64,000 nucleotides of DNA from an uncultured Candidatus Altimarinota bacterium (lineage in GTDB: Bacteria; Patescibacteriota; Gracilibacteria; BD1-5; UBA2023): assembly GCA_963751115.1 (NCBI GenBank), contig CAVVTN010000002.1:58197-122196 (forward strand). Direction: 5' to 3'. The translations under genes and the position numbers were made by a program. Each line of letters starts with the position of its first letter. The stretch's first letter is position 1. Shown one piece after another: positions 34,986 to 45,264 of the stretch. The notes under the pieces were generated by a model. The model was not told the DNA's origin, did not search any database, and saw only the letters and a list, made by a program, of their open reading frames with translations.

Positions 34986-35588
34986 CTAAAACAATCTCAT
35001 CACCCTTGTCTCCTCCAATTGTATTGCTCCACGCTTCACGAGTTCTCCAAATGCTCGGGTGGTTGCTTCCACATCGACCATCGCATTGTGGGCTCCTTCG
35101 AACCATTCTCCGAAGAGGTGTTTGTAGAGCTCAGAGAGTTTCGGTGGTTTAAAGGAAAATCCTCGACCCTGAAGTTTGCAATAATCGGTCGAACCTCGCA
35201 TGGTACATACTCGCTTGATTGGTTGATAATCTCATTCTCTCCTGAGGCGTTTTAGTTCAGAACGAATCACTTCCTCATCGTATTCTATATTATGCCCCAC
35301 GACGATATCGGTCGTGTTGAGATATCGGAGAATCTTGTCCATTACTTCCTCGATATACGGAGCATTTTCCACATCCCGATCATAGATACCATGAACCTGC
35401 GAAGCTGCAAAAGGTATAGCTATTCGTGGCTTTACCATAATATCTACTCGCTCTAGTTCGGTGAAACCATTTTCCTTATCTACTTCTCCGAGAATTCCTG
35501 CAAACTGCACCACATATGGCTGCTCATCCAGATGTCCATTTCGAACGGTGAGTCCCGTTGTTTCTGTATCGAAAATAAATGCTTTCAT
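34986..35588 (-). CDS. DEDDh 3'-5' exonuclease (DnaQ/epsilon-like)
   Basis: MKAFIFDTETTGL..VVGHNIEYDE..-G-..GAHNAMVDVEAT. Track ORFs 35232..35588 and 34986..35201 are joined by TGA. Confidence 0.8.
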
Positions 35589-35627
35589 GTGATATAGTTA
35601 TAATTTATAAAACAAAAGAAGTGAGGA

Positions 35628-35735
35628 CTTTAAAGGCCCTCACTCCAACTCTCTCCCAAAGGGAGAGAGGGTAAAAAAGAAAAGCAATTTTTCTCCCTTC
35701 TCCCCCTGGGAGAAGGGTCGGGGATGAGGGCTTTC
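35628..35735. repeat. Two GC-rich palindromic elements in inverted orientation
   Basis: Sequence gccctcactccaactctctcccaaagggagagagggt ... ctcccttctccccctgggagaagggtcggggatgagggc. Confidence 0.6.
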
Positions 35736-35736
35736 T

Positions 35737-37058
35737 TTAAAAAAACTTTTTGTAATCATAGCTCTTCAACTCCGTATCCACTCGACGAATAAGTTCGAGA
35801 ACTACTCCAACAACGATGATAAGTCCTGCTCCAGAGATAAGGAAATCTATCTGACCTCCAGCACCTGAAGTATCGAGAATCTGAACAAGTCCATTCAAGT
35901 TTTGACATAAGGTAGGGGAATACTGCAATAAGTGCAAGAAATGATCCTCCGTAGAGATTCAAATGAAGAGAAGTTTTCTCAAGATATTCTGCTGTTTCTC
36001 GTCCTGGACGAACTCCTGGAATATACCCACCACGCTTCTGAATACTTTCTGCAACTTCTTCCGTATTAAATACTATGGAAATATAGAAGAATGAAAATCC
36101 GAGAACGAGAAGGAAGTAAACTCCAATATAGAGCCAGCTTGGATTATTCATAGAAAAATATTCGAGAAGGAATTGTCCAATCTTTGCAGATGTTCCTGCT
36201 CCACGATTGGAGAGAACTTGTCCGATAAGAGCCGGGAAAGTTACGATGGAAACAGCGAAGATAATAGGTATCATCCCTGCTTGATTAACACGAATAGGAA
36301 AGTACGATTTTTCATCTCGTCCTGTTCGAGTATAAATAAGAGGGATTTTTCTAAAACCTTCTGTAAACTTAATGATGATGTATATAACTCCAAGAGTCAT
36401 AATCGCAAGAATCAAGAGAAGTGTATAGTTCTGAACAGAAATATATTGTCATAATATGAGAAGGAACTCCCGCAAGAACTCCGGCGAAGATAATCATAGA
36501 TGCTCCGTTTCCGATTCCTGATTCATTAATAATTTCACCAAGCCACATAAGTAAAAGTGTTCCAGCGGTAATGAAGAGCATAGCAGGAAGAACTACTCCC
36601 CAAAAGTTTGTCACGTCCATAATCTTTCCTCCACCACCAACGAGAGTATTAAGAAGGATAATCATCCCGTAACTCTGCGCAAATGCAAGAGGAACGGTTA
36701 CCCATCGCGTATAGTTATTGATCTTCTTTTGTCCTTGTTCTCCTTCTTTCTTCAGAGCCTCGAGTTGTGGTACGATAACTGCTAGAAGCTGCATGATAAT
36801 AACCGCATTAATATAGGGAGCAAGTCCCATAAGAGCGATTGAAAAATGTTCAAGTCCTCCACCCATGAGGGAACTAAAAAATGCAAGTCCTTGATTGGCA
36901 GCAAGGAAATCCTTAATAGAAAGAAGTGCAGTCGTATTCACTCCAGGAACTGGAACAATAGAAAGGAACTTATAAAGAACAATGATACTAAGTGTTACAA
37001 GGATCTTATTTTTTACATCGGAAGATTTCCAGATACGAGAAATATTTTTGAGAATCAT
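35737..37058 (-). CDS. secY: Preprotein translocase SecY; two +1 frame changes (about 36448-36462 and about 35903-35912)
   Basis: Three consecutive track ORFs in three frames (36369..37058, 35756..36415, 35737..35937) together give a full-length SecY. Confidence 0.9.
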
Positions 37059-37204
37059 AAGGTATATTGATAGAGATAAAAAGGTGTATAGAACGGGGAG
37101 GATTGTATGAAAAAGTACGGTTTAGTCAAATTAAGATTTCGGTAAAAGAAAAATCCCATCTACCAGACTAAAATCTTTTGGTACATGAGATATATCTCTT
37201 CTTG

Positions 37205-37849
37205 CTAATTTTTCGGTTGTATCGCTCATCGTTGATCACTTTCCATCTTTTTCATCATCTCTTTCTCTTTTTCGCATTGGTCTTTAAGACCATATTTCTC
37301 GACGAGAGCACAATCTTTCATCTCTGGTTTTCTCTGTATCGGAGTGGTTCCAGAAGTGCTTAGTGAAATCGGGCGAGGAATGCGATCCAGAACGAAATCG
37401 AGACGACACCGATCTTGTTCATTTTTATCAGAAGAGAATCCATCACAAAGAGTTATATCTCCACTGGAAGCGAGTTGTTTCATGATTTGATTCTGTGCTT
37501 GTTGTTTTGGTATCTCTGATTTTTGTTGGACACAGAGTTTTTGTTGTTCTCGGGAGAGAAGTTTTCGACAGTTAAATGCGAGTCGTTCAGTATCTGAAAG
37601 GTTCATATAGTGAGTAAACACATCGTTTGCTTGGGCATCTTCACAATTGGTCCGCTTCATAGATCATACGGGGAAAGTCGAACAATTCGATGAAATATCT
37701 ATACTTCCTGAGTGAGTACTCGGTATAGAAAAGTCAGAAAGTTGTAATGGTCGTTCGAGTGTATACCCAGAAAGTCGCACTATTATAATAATGAAGATGA
37801 TAACCCCCAAAGTTGAGAGAACTCCGAGAAAGAAAGGTTTTTGTGACAT
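37205..37849 (-). CDS. Membrane-anchored Cys-rich hypothetical protein
   Basis: Track ORFs 37664..37849 (TM helix) and 37226..37660 are joined by TGA, then run to TAG at 37205-37207. Confidence 0.45.
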
Positions 37850-38123
37850 AATAAAAAAATTAAGTGTTAAGAATTAATATATAGGAGTTTTTGTTATTCC
37901 GAGTGAAGCCGAAGTCATTGACTCCCTCTGGTAGGGTGAATCGCTTTAAATCAGCACATTTGAAACAAAATGACGATAAATCACTACAAAAAAAGAATTT
38001 ATGCCTATCTTTATAATAAGTGTCATATTCTTGATCAAAAGGGATACCTCGACTTCATTGCATTTCGTTCGGTATGACACAGGTATCTGTTTGTAAGGTG
38101 AGTTATTTTAAAATCGTATGATT

Positions 38124-38477
38124 TTAGTGGGGCTTCCCCACATATTTTTCCCACCCGACCAATTGTCGGGATATCATCTCGATCCGCTCGTTTATCCGAA
38201 CAAATGAGGCGAGTGGAATCTGGTGAAGATCGTGGGTGACACGGAGAAATATTCGAAGTGTCTCACAGTGTTCACGGGCGATTTTTATATGTGGAAGTCT
38301 CGATTCAAATGACCCGTTGGCTCGATAAATCTCGCGAAGTATCGCCATGGTCTCTGACTTCATCTCTTGACCGATCGTGTACTTATACTCGCGAGTCATA
38401 CCGCGAGTAAACTCGAAAATCGAGACCAAGAGGTCGTATGTTTCTTTGTAAACCGCAAGTTCGGAGGCAAGTCACAT
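38124..38477 (-). CDS. avd: DGR accessory variability determinant (Avd-like four-helix bundle protein)
   Basis: M-G(TGA)-LASELAVYKETYDLLVSIFEFTRGMTREYKYTIGQEM...ANG...LRIFLRVTHDLHQI...QLVGWEKY. It lies immediately after the VR-bearing gene. Confidence 0.8.
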
Positions 38478-38519
38478 TTAGCGAGGAAAGAGTCAAAGAG
38501 ATAAAGAGTCAAGCTATTT

Positions 38520-39338
38520 TTACGAGTTCTTAACACATCGGACATACATAGGAAAGTAGTAGTTGTAGATGTGCCATTGTAGTCGTAGCAGTCCGCACTG
38601 AACGTCCCATTACAATGTACCACCCGTAGCTGGGAGAATAGGCGAGGTAGTAGATGTTGGCGGCGATGGTGTAGTACGCGGCGGGGTACTGGACCAAACA
38701 AAACGACTTGCGGTAAAAGTCATACCAAGCACCCGGGCATATTCCATCTCACTCGAAGTAGGAATCCGCCAAGTACCTGTGGGAGTGAGAGTATTACAAT
38801 AAGAGGCAGCCGCAGAATAAGTAGTTGGTCAAGTATCGGTTGTCTGCCAAGCGATTCCTCCGTAAGTAACCGTGTTGGGTGGAGCAGCGGGAGTGGTAGT
38901 CGGAGCATCGGAAGTACAAGAGAGAGTCGATCCATTGGATGTACACCACTTGCCAGCAGTGAGGGTTCCGATTTGTGATGTCGTAGTAGCATTGGCGACA
39001 TTAAAGTTTGAAGGATTCCATACATAGTAATTAGAACCGTCATTACTTCACCATAACCAAGTTGGTTGTCAGCTTTGTCATGCCCAATTAAAGGGTTTTG
39101 CTGTTATTCATGACCAAGGAGCAGTATCCGCATTCGTAGCAATCTTCACTTTTCCTGTCGTATCCGTTGCATAATTCCCTGATTGGAGTATACGATTAAA
39201 AATCGTAGCGAATTTTCCACCAGCCGTTTCTCATTGCGGTGGAGCTGATGGGTAGGTGAGGGCATAAGCGACAAATACCCCGATCACGAGAAAAAAAGAT
39301 ATAAAATGAAATGTGAATGTTTTGAGAAATTGTTTCAT
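38520..39338 (-). CDS. DGR target protein (signal/TM N-terminus; DUF1566/C-type-lectin-like C-terminus carrying the VR). As assembled, the VR contains frame-disrupting indels and a TAA at 38610-38612
   Basis: MKQFLKTFTFHFISFFLVIGVFVAYA...GIAWQTTDT-G-PTTYSAAASYCNTLTPTGTWRIPTSSEMEYARVLGMTFTASRFVWSSTP.. The expected end ..PMYVRCVKNS with TAA at 38520-38522 is back in the starting frame. Confidence 0.7.
38531..38698 (-). repeat. DGR variable repeat (VR)
   Basis: Homologous to 40763-40928. The boundaries tgtttggtccagtacccc and cctatgtatgtccgatgtgttaagaac are identical. Differences fall almost only at TR adenines. Confidence 0.8.
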
Positions 39339-39373
39339 AAAAGGGAAAAATAAAAAGATAAAAAAATAGATTA

Positions 39374-40737
39374 TTAAACCCCTCCCGACCTCCCCTTCTC
39401 AGGGGAGGAGTAAATATTATCTCCACCTGACAAGGCTCGCGAAGACAGTCCTCTAGAGGAGGGATTAAAAGGGTTTCTTATAGTAGGTGGACTACATCAC
39501 GATTTCACGATACGAACCTTTCGATAGAGTCGATCTGTTTTGAAAAACTGTTTCATACCCCGAGAGAGCCACTTTTCCAGCATCGTTTTTCTGAGACGAA
39601 AAGTATCAAAATTCCCCATATACCCAAGGTAAGAATTGATACGAGAACGTGATTTTTTGAGATATTCCTGATTCAAATCTCATGGAGCCCTCACTTTTCT
39701 ATTCTCTCCTCACACAACCCTCACCCCCAACCCCTCTCCCAAAGGAGAGAGGGGAGTAAGAGATAAACATTGTGTCGCTATTTCCTCCAGAATTTCATGA
39801 AAATTTCCTTTGATACGGTTACGAATATACGTCCGATAGGGTTTTATATACCCACCAATGAAGTCGATACCATCCGATACCCGTCGAAATTCGATTTTCT
39901 GAGGGTGAAGAGAAAGTTTAAGTATATCGGATAGGAATCCGGAGATCTCCGGAATGAGCGATTCGAGGTGTTCTCGTGATGGACTCATAAATATCATATC
40001 ATCCACATATCGTCCATAGTAATGAACCTTGAGTTTCTCTTTTACGAACTGATCAAATATATGCATATACAGATTGGCAAATACTTGACTTGAGAGGTTT
40101 CCAATCGGAAGTCCCACGCCTGACGATGCATGAAAGAGACTTTTTTCGTGAGGGATATTTTCCCAATTGGATCTCGTACCCTTGATGACGCAGTTTTTGG
40201 TCGGATCATTTCTGACGATTTGTTCACAAAGGGAAAAGAGAAGCGGTATCTCGTCTCTTTTGAGGTATCGAGCATCAATCATATCATGAAGAGTACGAAG
40301 GAGAATATTATGATCTGATATGCATGAAAAATCCTGAGATATCCAATTTGAGTATCCATGCTTCTTGTGTATAGTTTTCTGATACACTTCTCATAAATCA
40401 CTCAACTCTATCGATTCCGAAAAAAGTTCCACGTCCCACTCGACAGGCATAACTATCATGAATCAAAGAAGGTTCTATAATAGGATAGTAAGCGATTAAC
40501 AACCAGATGATGGACAATCCTATCACGAAAATCCGCAGCAAATATCTCACGCTTCACAGGTTTATCAACCACAAAGGCAATACTCCGATTGATTTCATAC
40601 TTTCAGGAAATGATATCTTCGTAAAGTTGAATAACATTCGACTCATAGTTAAGTTCAAATTTGAGTGCATTTGTCGTATTTCGTTTATTTTTGCGACATT
40701 GGAAATAGGCAGTAAAAATATCTTCGCAGGTTATCAT
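39374..40737 (-). CDS. DGR reverse transcriptase; two +1 frame changes (about 40495-40510 and about 40320-40338)
   Basis: MITCEDIFTAYFQCRKNKRNTTNALKFELNYESNVIQLYEDIIS-G-KYEI..FRDRIVHH / ..YYPIIEPSLIHDSYACRVGRGT.. / ..GLPIGNLSSQVFANLYM..YGRYVDDMIF..INSYLGYMGNF. It reads through TGA at 39710 to TAA at 39374-39376. Confidence 0.85.
39713..39766. repeat. GC-rich palindromic element inside the RT ORF
   Basis: Sequence ccctcacccccaacccctctcccaaaggagagagggg encodes LSLTPLSPLGEGLGVRVV in frame. A second hairpin (cctcccct-tctc-aggggagg) lies at about 39388-39408. Confidence 0.6.
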
Positions 40738-40762
40738 AGAGAATGAGATAGATAGGGTTCTT

Positions 40763-40928
40763 AACACATCGGACATACATAGGATTGTTGTTGTTGATGT
40801 TGCCATTGTTGTCGTTACAGTTCGCACTGTTCGTCCCATTACAATTGTTCCACCCGTTGCTGGGAGAATAGGCGTTGTAGTTGTTGTTGGCGATGGTGTT
40901 GTTCGCGTTCGGGGTACTGGACCAAACA
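40763..40928 (-). repeat. DGR template repeat (TR)
   Basis: In the VR-equivalent frame it reads VWSSTPNANNTIANNNYNAYSPSNGWNNCNGTNSANCNDNNGNINNNNPMYVRCVKN (AAC/AAT-rich). It ends about 25 nt upstream of the RT start. Confidence 0.8.
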
Positions 40929-41239
40929 TAGAGAAGTCGTATATTCGTGTTATATTTCCACTTTATACCACTTATTTATCCCTCTCTTTTATAAGGAGAG
41001 GTTAGGTGAGGTTTTAAAATGGAGATATCACCTTGTTACTATTCCGAGAGATTCTCGAAACCGACTGCCAACTCGATCTGGCTCACTTATAGATTTTTCT
41101 ATAGAGAAAAGATTTATAATTCTGGCCAGTATCATATTCTCTTTAATTTCCCACGAAGAGAATCTTTTTTCATAATCCTATCACGAAAAAAGACCCCTAA
41201 AATAGGAGTCCAATCGAAGAGAATACAAAGAAATCACTA

Positions 41240-41360
41240 GCTGGTTGCTGGTTGCTGGTTGCTGGTTGCTGGTTGCTGGTTGCTGGTTGCTGGTTGCTGG
41301 TTGCTGGTTGCTGGTTGCTGGTTGCTGGTTGCTGGTTGCTGGTTGCTGGTTGCTGGTTGC
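41240..41360. repeat. Perfect heptanucleotide tandem repeat (gctggtt), about 17 copies
   Basis: Read directly from the sequence. It is open in several frames on both strands purely because of its periodicity. Confidence 0.9.
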
Positions 41361-41510
41361 TATGGGCATAATAGGGAATTTAAATGATTGTCAAGGAGGA
41401 TTGGAGAGAATTATAGTAAGAAATCAGGAAATTCAAAAAGATTTTTGGAGATAAGACTAGAAAGTAAAAAATCCCCTCTCATTTCTGAAAGGGAATTTTT
41501 GATGAAAATA

Positions 41511-41967
41511 TTAGAGAAGTTCTACGGTTCCTCCAGCTGCAGTCACTTTTTCCTGAGCCTGAGCAGAAGCCTTATGGATACGAATCGTTACACTTGATGT
41601 AATTTCTCCATTTCCAAGAAGTTTAATAAGTGCTCCAATATTTGGGATAATACCCTTTTTTGTAAGTACTTCGCTATCGATAGTAGTCACACCTTCTGTA
41701 GCAAGTTTCTGAAGAGTAGAAACATTTACTATAGAAAATACATTTGGTGCATATGCAGTAAAACCACGTTTCTTAGGCATACGTCTGAAGAGAGGAGTTT
41801 GTCCTCCTTCAAAGGCTGCATTGAATTTACCACGACCTGTTCGAGAATTCTGTCCACCATTTCCACGACCAGAAGTACCTCCTTTTCCAGAAGACAACTC
41901 CTCGACCTACTCGCATGCGAGGTTTACGAGAATTTGGAGCAGACTCTATAGTATTGTGAGAGAGCAT
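41511..41967 (-). CDS. rplO: 50S ribosomal protein L15; one +1 frame change near 41897-41905
   Basis: MLSHNTIESAPNSRKPRMRVGRG is in one frame. SSGKGGTSGRGNGGQNSRTG..FEGGQTPLFRRMPKKRGF is in track ORF 41511..41897. Confidence 0.85.
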
Positions 41968-42011
41968 AATATACGTTGTTAATTAATTAGTGAATGTAAA
42001 AATAGAAACTA

Positions 42012-42662
42012 TTATTCTGCTTTTTTTGCCTTTGGAGCAGCAGGAGCTTTTTTTGTAGCTACTTTTGGAGTTTCTACTTTCGGAGCAACTACTTCTTCTT
42101 CCGTAGTGACTACAACAGGAGTTTTTGGAGTAATTTTTACTTTTTTAAGAGAAGCAAGTGCCTTCATAGTAACACGAGCATTGGTAATAGAGTTATTACC
42201 TCCACGTTGTTTTGCGAGGATATCTTTGATACCAGCAACCGCAAATACCTTACGTGCAGCACCTCCAGCGATAAGCCCCGTTCCTTTTGAAGCAGGATGA
42301 ATGAAGATATTTGCAGCTTTATAACTTGCAGTCAAATCATGAGCAATTGTTCCATCAACAATATTGAATGTAAGAAGATTTTTCTTAGCATCACGAACCG
42401 CCTTTTCAATAGCAACAACTACTTCTCCAGCTTTTCCCATACCAAAACCAACTGTTCCTTTTCCATTACCGATAATAACAGAAGCTCGGAAACGAAGTTG
42501 ACGACCTCCGGCAGTTACTCGAGTAACTCGATCGATACCGAGAAGTTCTTCTTGGAATTCTTTTTGAACATCCTTGAATCCCCCTCCGCGTTTATCATCT
42601 CGCGCTGGTTTATTATCTCTTTGAGTTTTTACTGGTGCAGTAGTATTAGTTGTATCAGCCAT
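42012..42662 (-). CDS. rpsE: 30S ribosomal protein S5
   Basis: Intact track ORF with a Lys/Ala/Pro-rich C-terminal tail. Confidence 0.9.
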   Translation of the reverse strand: MADTTNTTAPVKTQRDNKPARDDKRGGGFKDVQKEFQEELLGIDRVTRVTAGGRQLRFRASVIIGNGKGTVGFGMGKAGEVVVAIEKAVRDAKKNLLTFNIVDGTIAHDLTASYKAANIFIHPASKGTGLIAGGAARKVFAVAGIKDILAKQRGGNNSITNARVTMKALASLKKVKITPKTPVVVTTEEEVVAPKVETPKVATKKAPAAPKAKKAE

Positions 42663-42683
42663 ACAAATGGGAAAAATGAATAA

Positions 42684-43025
42684 TTAAAATTGAAGTCCTC
42701 CGGAACGTGCCCCTTCGGCAAGTTTCTTTACTCGACCAGCATAGAGAAAACCTCCGCGATCAAATACACAGGCAGTAATACCAAGTGAGAGTGCTTTTTT
42801 TGCGAGTTCTTCACCCACTTTTGTTGCACATTCTTGCTTTGTACCAGTTGTGATTTTCATATCACTTGCAGCACAAAGAGTCTTTGCAGCAGTATCGTCT
42901 ATCATTTGTGCATAGATAGATGTATTGCTTCGAAACACAGCGAGACGTGGACGAAGAGCAGTACCAATGATAGTTGCTCGTACACGAACCTGACGTCGTT
43001 TGCGTTTCATAACCTTTTCTAACAT
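42684..43025 (-). CDS. rplR: 50S ribosomal protein L18
   Basis: Intact track ORF. Confidence 0.9.
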   Translation of the reverse strand: MLEKVMKRKRRQVRVRATIIGTALRPRLAVFRSNTSIYAQMIDDTAAKTLCAASDMKITTGTKQECATKVGEELAKKALSLGITACVFDRGGFLYAGRVKKLAEGARSGGLQF

Positions 43026-43069
43026 AGGATGTGAATTACTAAAAAATTAAAGAGAATCTCTTGACTATA

Positions 43070-43624
43070 TTATTTCTTACCTCCAGTCTTACCAGCTTTT
43101 CGACGTACATGTTCTCCAACGTATCGGATACCTTTCCCTTTATAAGGTTCAGGTTTTTTGATAGATCGAACCAGTGCCGTATAGTAACCGACCTGTTGTT
43201 TATCAATTCCAGAAATATGAATAACATTCTTTTCTTTTTCATCTACAGAGATAGTAATCCCTTGCGGAGCAGGAAGATCTACTTTATGAGAGAATCCAAC
43301 CGCAAGAACGAGTTTAGTAGGTCCAGCAACTTCAAATTTGTAACCAACCCCTTGAATCTCAAGAGATTTTTTGTACCCCTCAGATACTCCTACTACCATA
43401 TTGGCAACAAGTGCTCGAGTAAGTCCCCACATTGCTTTTTCTTTGCTAGATTCTTGATCTTTAATAGATACTACAAGAGTATTATCTATTTGTTCGAGAG
43501 AAGTACAGTCTTGAAGAATATACTTAAGCTCTCCTTTTGGTCCAGAGACGGTAATATTTTTTCCGTCTACCTTCGCAGTCACTCCTGTTGGAAGTGTTAT
43601 GGGAAGTTTTCAAATTCGAGACAT
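43070..43624 (-). CDS. rplF: 50S ribosomal protein L6
   Basis: MSRI-G(TGA)-KLPITLPTGV joins track ORF 43070..43582. Confidence 0.9.
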
Positions 43625-43655
43625 AAAATAGTTGTTAATAATTAGTTATAATTTC

Positions 43656-44042
43656 TTAATATACTTCACAGAGAAGTTCTCCTCCTGTTCCAAGAACATG
43701 TGCCTCATATCCAGTAATAACACCTTTTGGAGTAGAGAGTATATAGATACCATGTCCATTTCGTGATTTACGAACATCTGCGGACTTGATATAAATTCTC
43801 TGTCCTGGTCGACTAATACGATGAAAAGAAGGAAGATATTTTGTTTTACGAACATCATTGAGGTGTACAATAATTTCTCGTTTGTTTTCGCTTACAGTGT
43901 AAGACACGATATAAGCATTCTTCTTGAGAATTGAAATAATCTGTTCTTTCAATGCAGAGTAAGGGATACTTACAACTGCAAGTCGTGCAAGATATCCATT
44001 TCGGACTCTCGTGAGCAAATCTGCAATTGGATCATTGATCAT
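43656..44042 (-). CDS. rpsH: 30S ribosomal protein S8
   Basis: Internal ATG (MINDPIADLLTRVRNG) of track ORF 43656..44105. Confidence 0.9.
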   Translation of the reverse strand: MINDPIADLLTRVRNGYLARLAVVSIPYSALKEQIISILKKNAYIVSYTVSENKREIIVHLNDVRKTKYLPSFHRISRPGQRIYIKSADVRKSRNGHGIYILSTPKGVITGYEAHVLGTGGELLCEVY

Positions 44043-44098
44043 AGTAACAATTAAGTTAAAAATATTATAGTTAGTAGAAGTGTTAATCTCGCAAAAGA

Positions 44099-44323
44099 TT
44101 ACCAACTTGATTTACGTACGCCCATTAACTCACCGGCATTTGCACGTTCACGTATACAGATACGGCACATGTTAAATTTCCCCATGTATCCACGAGATCG
44201 TCCACATATTGCGCATCGATGGTAGAGTCGTGTAGAAAACTTAATAGTTTTACCTGATTCAAAAAGACGAATTGCCTTTGCTTGAGCTTTGCTGCATTTC
44301 ACTTCTAAAGCCTTTCTTGCCAT
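44099..44323 (-). CDS. rpsN: 30S ribosomal protein S14 (zinc-binding type)
   Basis: MARKALEVK...[23 protein letters not shown] within track ORF 44099..44446. Confidence 0.85.
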   Translation of the reverse strand: MARKALEVKCSKAQAKAIRLFESGKTIKFSTRLYHRCAICGRSRGYMGKFNMCRICIRERANAGELMGVRKSSW

Positions 44324-44354
44324 AGTAGGAGAGTAATTGATAATAAAAATAGGT

Positions 44355-44894
44355 TTATTTTGTGAATGGGAATCCAATTGCATCGAGAAGAACACGAGTA
44401 TGATTCTTTTCTTGAGCCTTAAACTTAATAGTAATTTGAAGACCATGTGTCTTTACAACATCGAGCTGAGGAACTTCTGGGAAAATAGTATGTTCCTTGA
44501 TACCGAAGTTGAAATTTCCTTTTTCATCGAAAGATTTTCCAGAAATACCACGAAAATCTCGAACTCGAGGAAGGATAATCTGAATAAGTTTCTCTAGAAA
44601 GAAAAACATTCGTTCTCCTCGAAGAGTAACAGTCATACCAACGGGCATTCCAATCTTGAGTTTAAAATTAGAAATTGCTTGCTTGGAATTGATAACCTGA
44701 GGTGCTTGACCGGCGATAAGAGCAAGATCATTTTTAAGACTAGAATAGTCTTTATGACCGCTTGCTATATAACTTCCGATACCCATATTGAGAACGATTT
44801 TCTCAATTCGAGGAACTTCCATAGGATTTTCGATGCCAAGGGCTTTTTGCACCTGTGGAAGGATAACTTTATTGTAGTGTTCTTTGAAAGACAT
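44355..44894 (-). CDS. rplE: 50S ribosomal protein L5
   Basis: Intact track ORF. Confidence 0.9.
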   Translation of the reverse strand: MSFKEHYNKVILPQVQKALGIENPMEVPRIEKIVLNMGIGSYIASGHKDYSSLKNDLALIAGQAPQVINSKQAISNFKLKIGMPVGMTVTLRGERMFFFLEKLIQIILPRVRDFRGISGKSFDEKGNFNFGIKEHTIFPEVPQLDVVKTHGLQITIKFKAQEKNHTRVLLDAIGFPFTK

Positions 44895-44919
44895 AATATT
44901 GAAAATAATGAGATGAGAA

Positions 44920-45231
44920 CTAGAGAGTTTTTCCAGATTTTTTTGCTACACGAACCTTTTTATTCCCTTCCATCTTCATACCAATACGAGTTGGTTTGTT
45001 GGTTTCTGGGTCAAGGATCATAACATTGGAAGATTGAATAGGTTTTTCGATTTTGATAATCTGACCAGGAGTTGTTCCTTGTTTTTTAATATGACAAGTA
45101 GCGATATTAATACCCTCAACAACCAATCGGTTATCTTCGGAATTTGTAGCAAGGACTGTTCCTTGTTTCCCTTTATCTTTACCGGCCATTACTTGTACCT
45201 TGTCTCCTTTACGGATTCTCATAGGATGCAA
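44920..45231 (-). CDS. rplX: 50S ribosomal protein L24
   Basis: Intact track ORF (KGDKVQVMAGKDKGKQG). Confidence 0.9.
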   Translation of the reverse strand: MHPMRIRKGDKVQVMAGKDKGKQGTVLATNSEDNRLVVEGINIATCHIKKQGTTPGQIIKIEKPIQSSNVMILDPETNKPTRIGMKMEGNKKVRVAKKSGKTL

Positions 45232-45264
45232 ACTAATAATAAATAAAATAACGATTCGATTTCC

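Noticed and set aside
41181-41454. ORFs on both strands encoding ATSNQQP or LLVAGCW repeats
   Set aside because: They are open only because they run through the 7-nt tandem repeat. They have no start context and no flanking coding signal. I treat the region as a non-coding microsatellite, and it is not a CRISPR array because it has no spacers.
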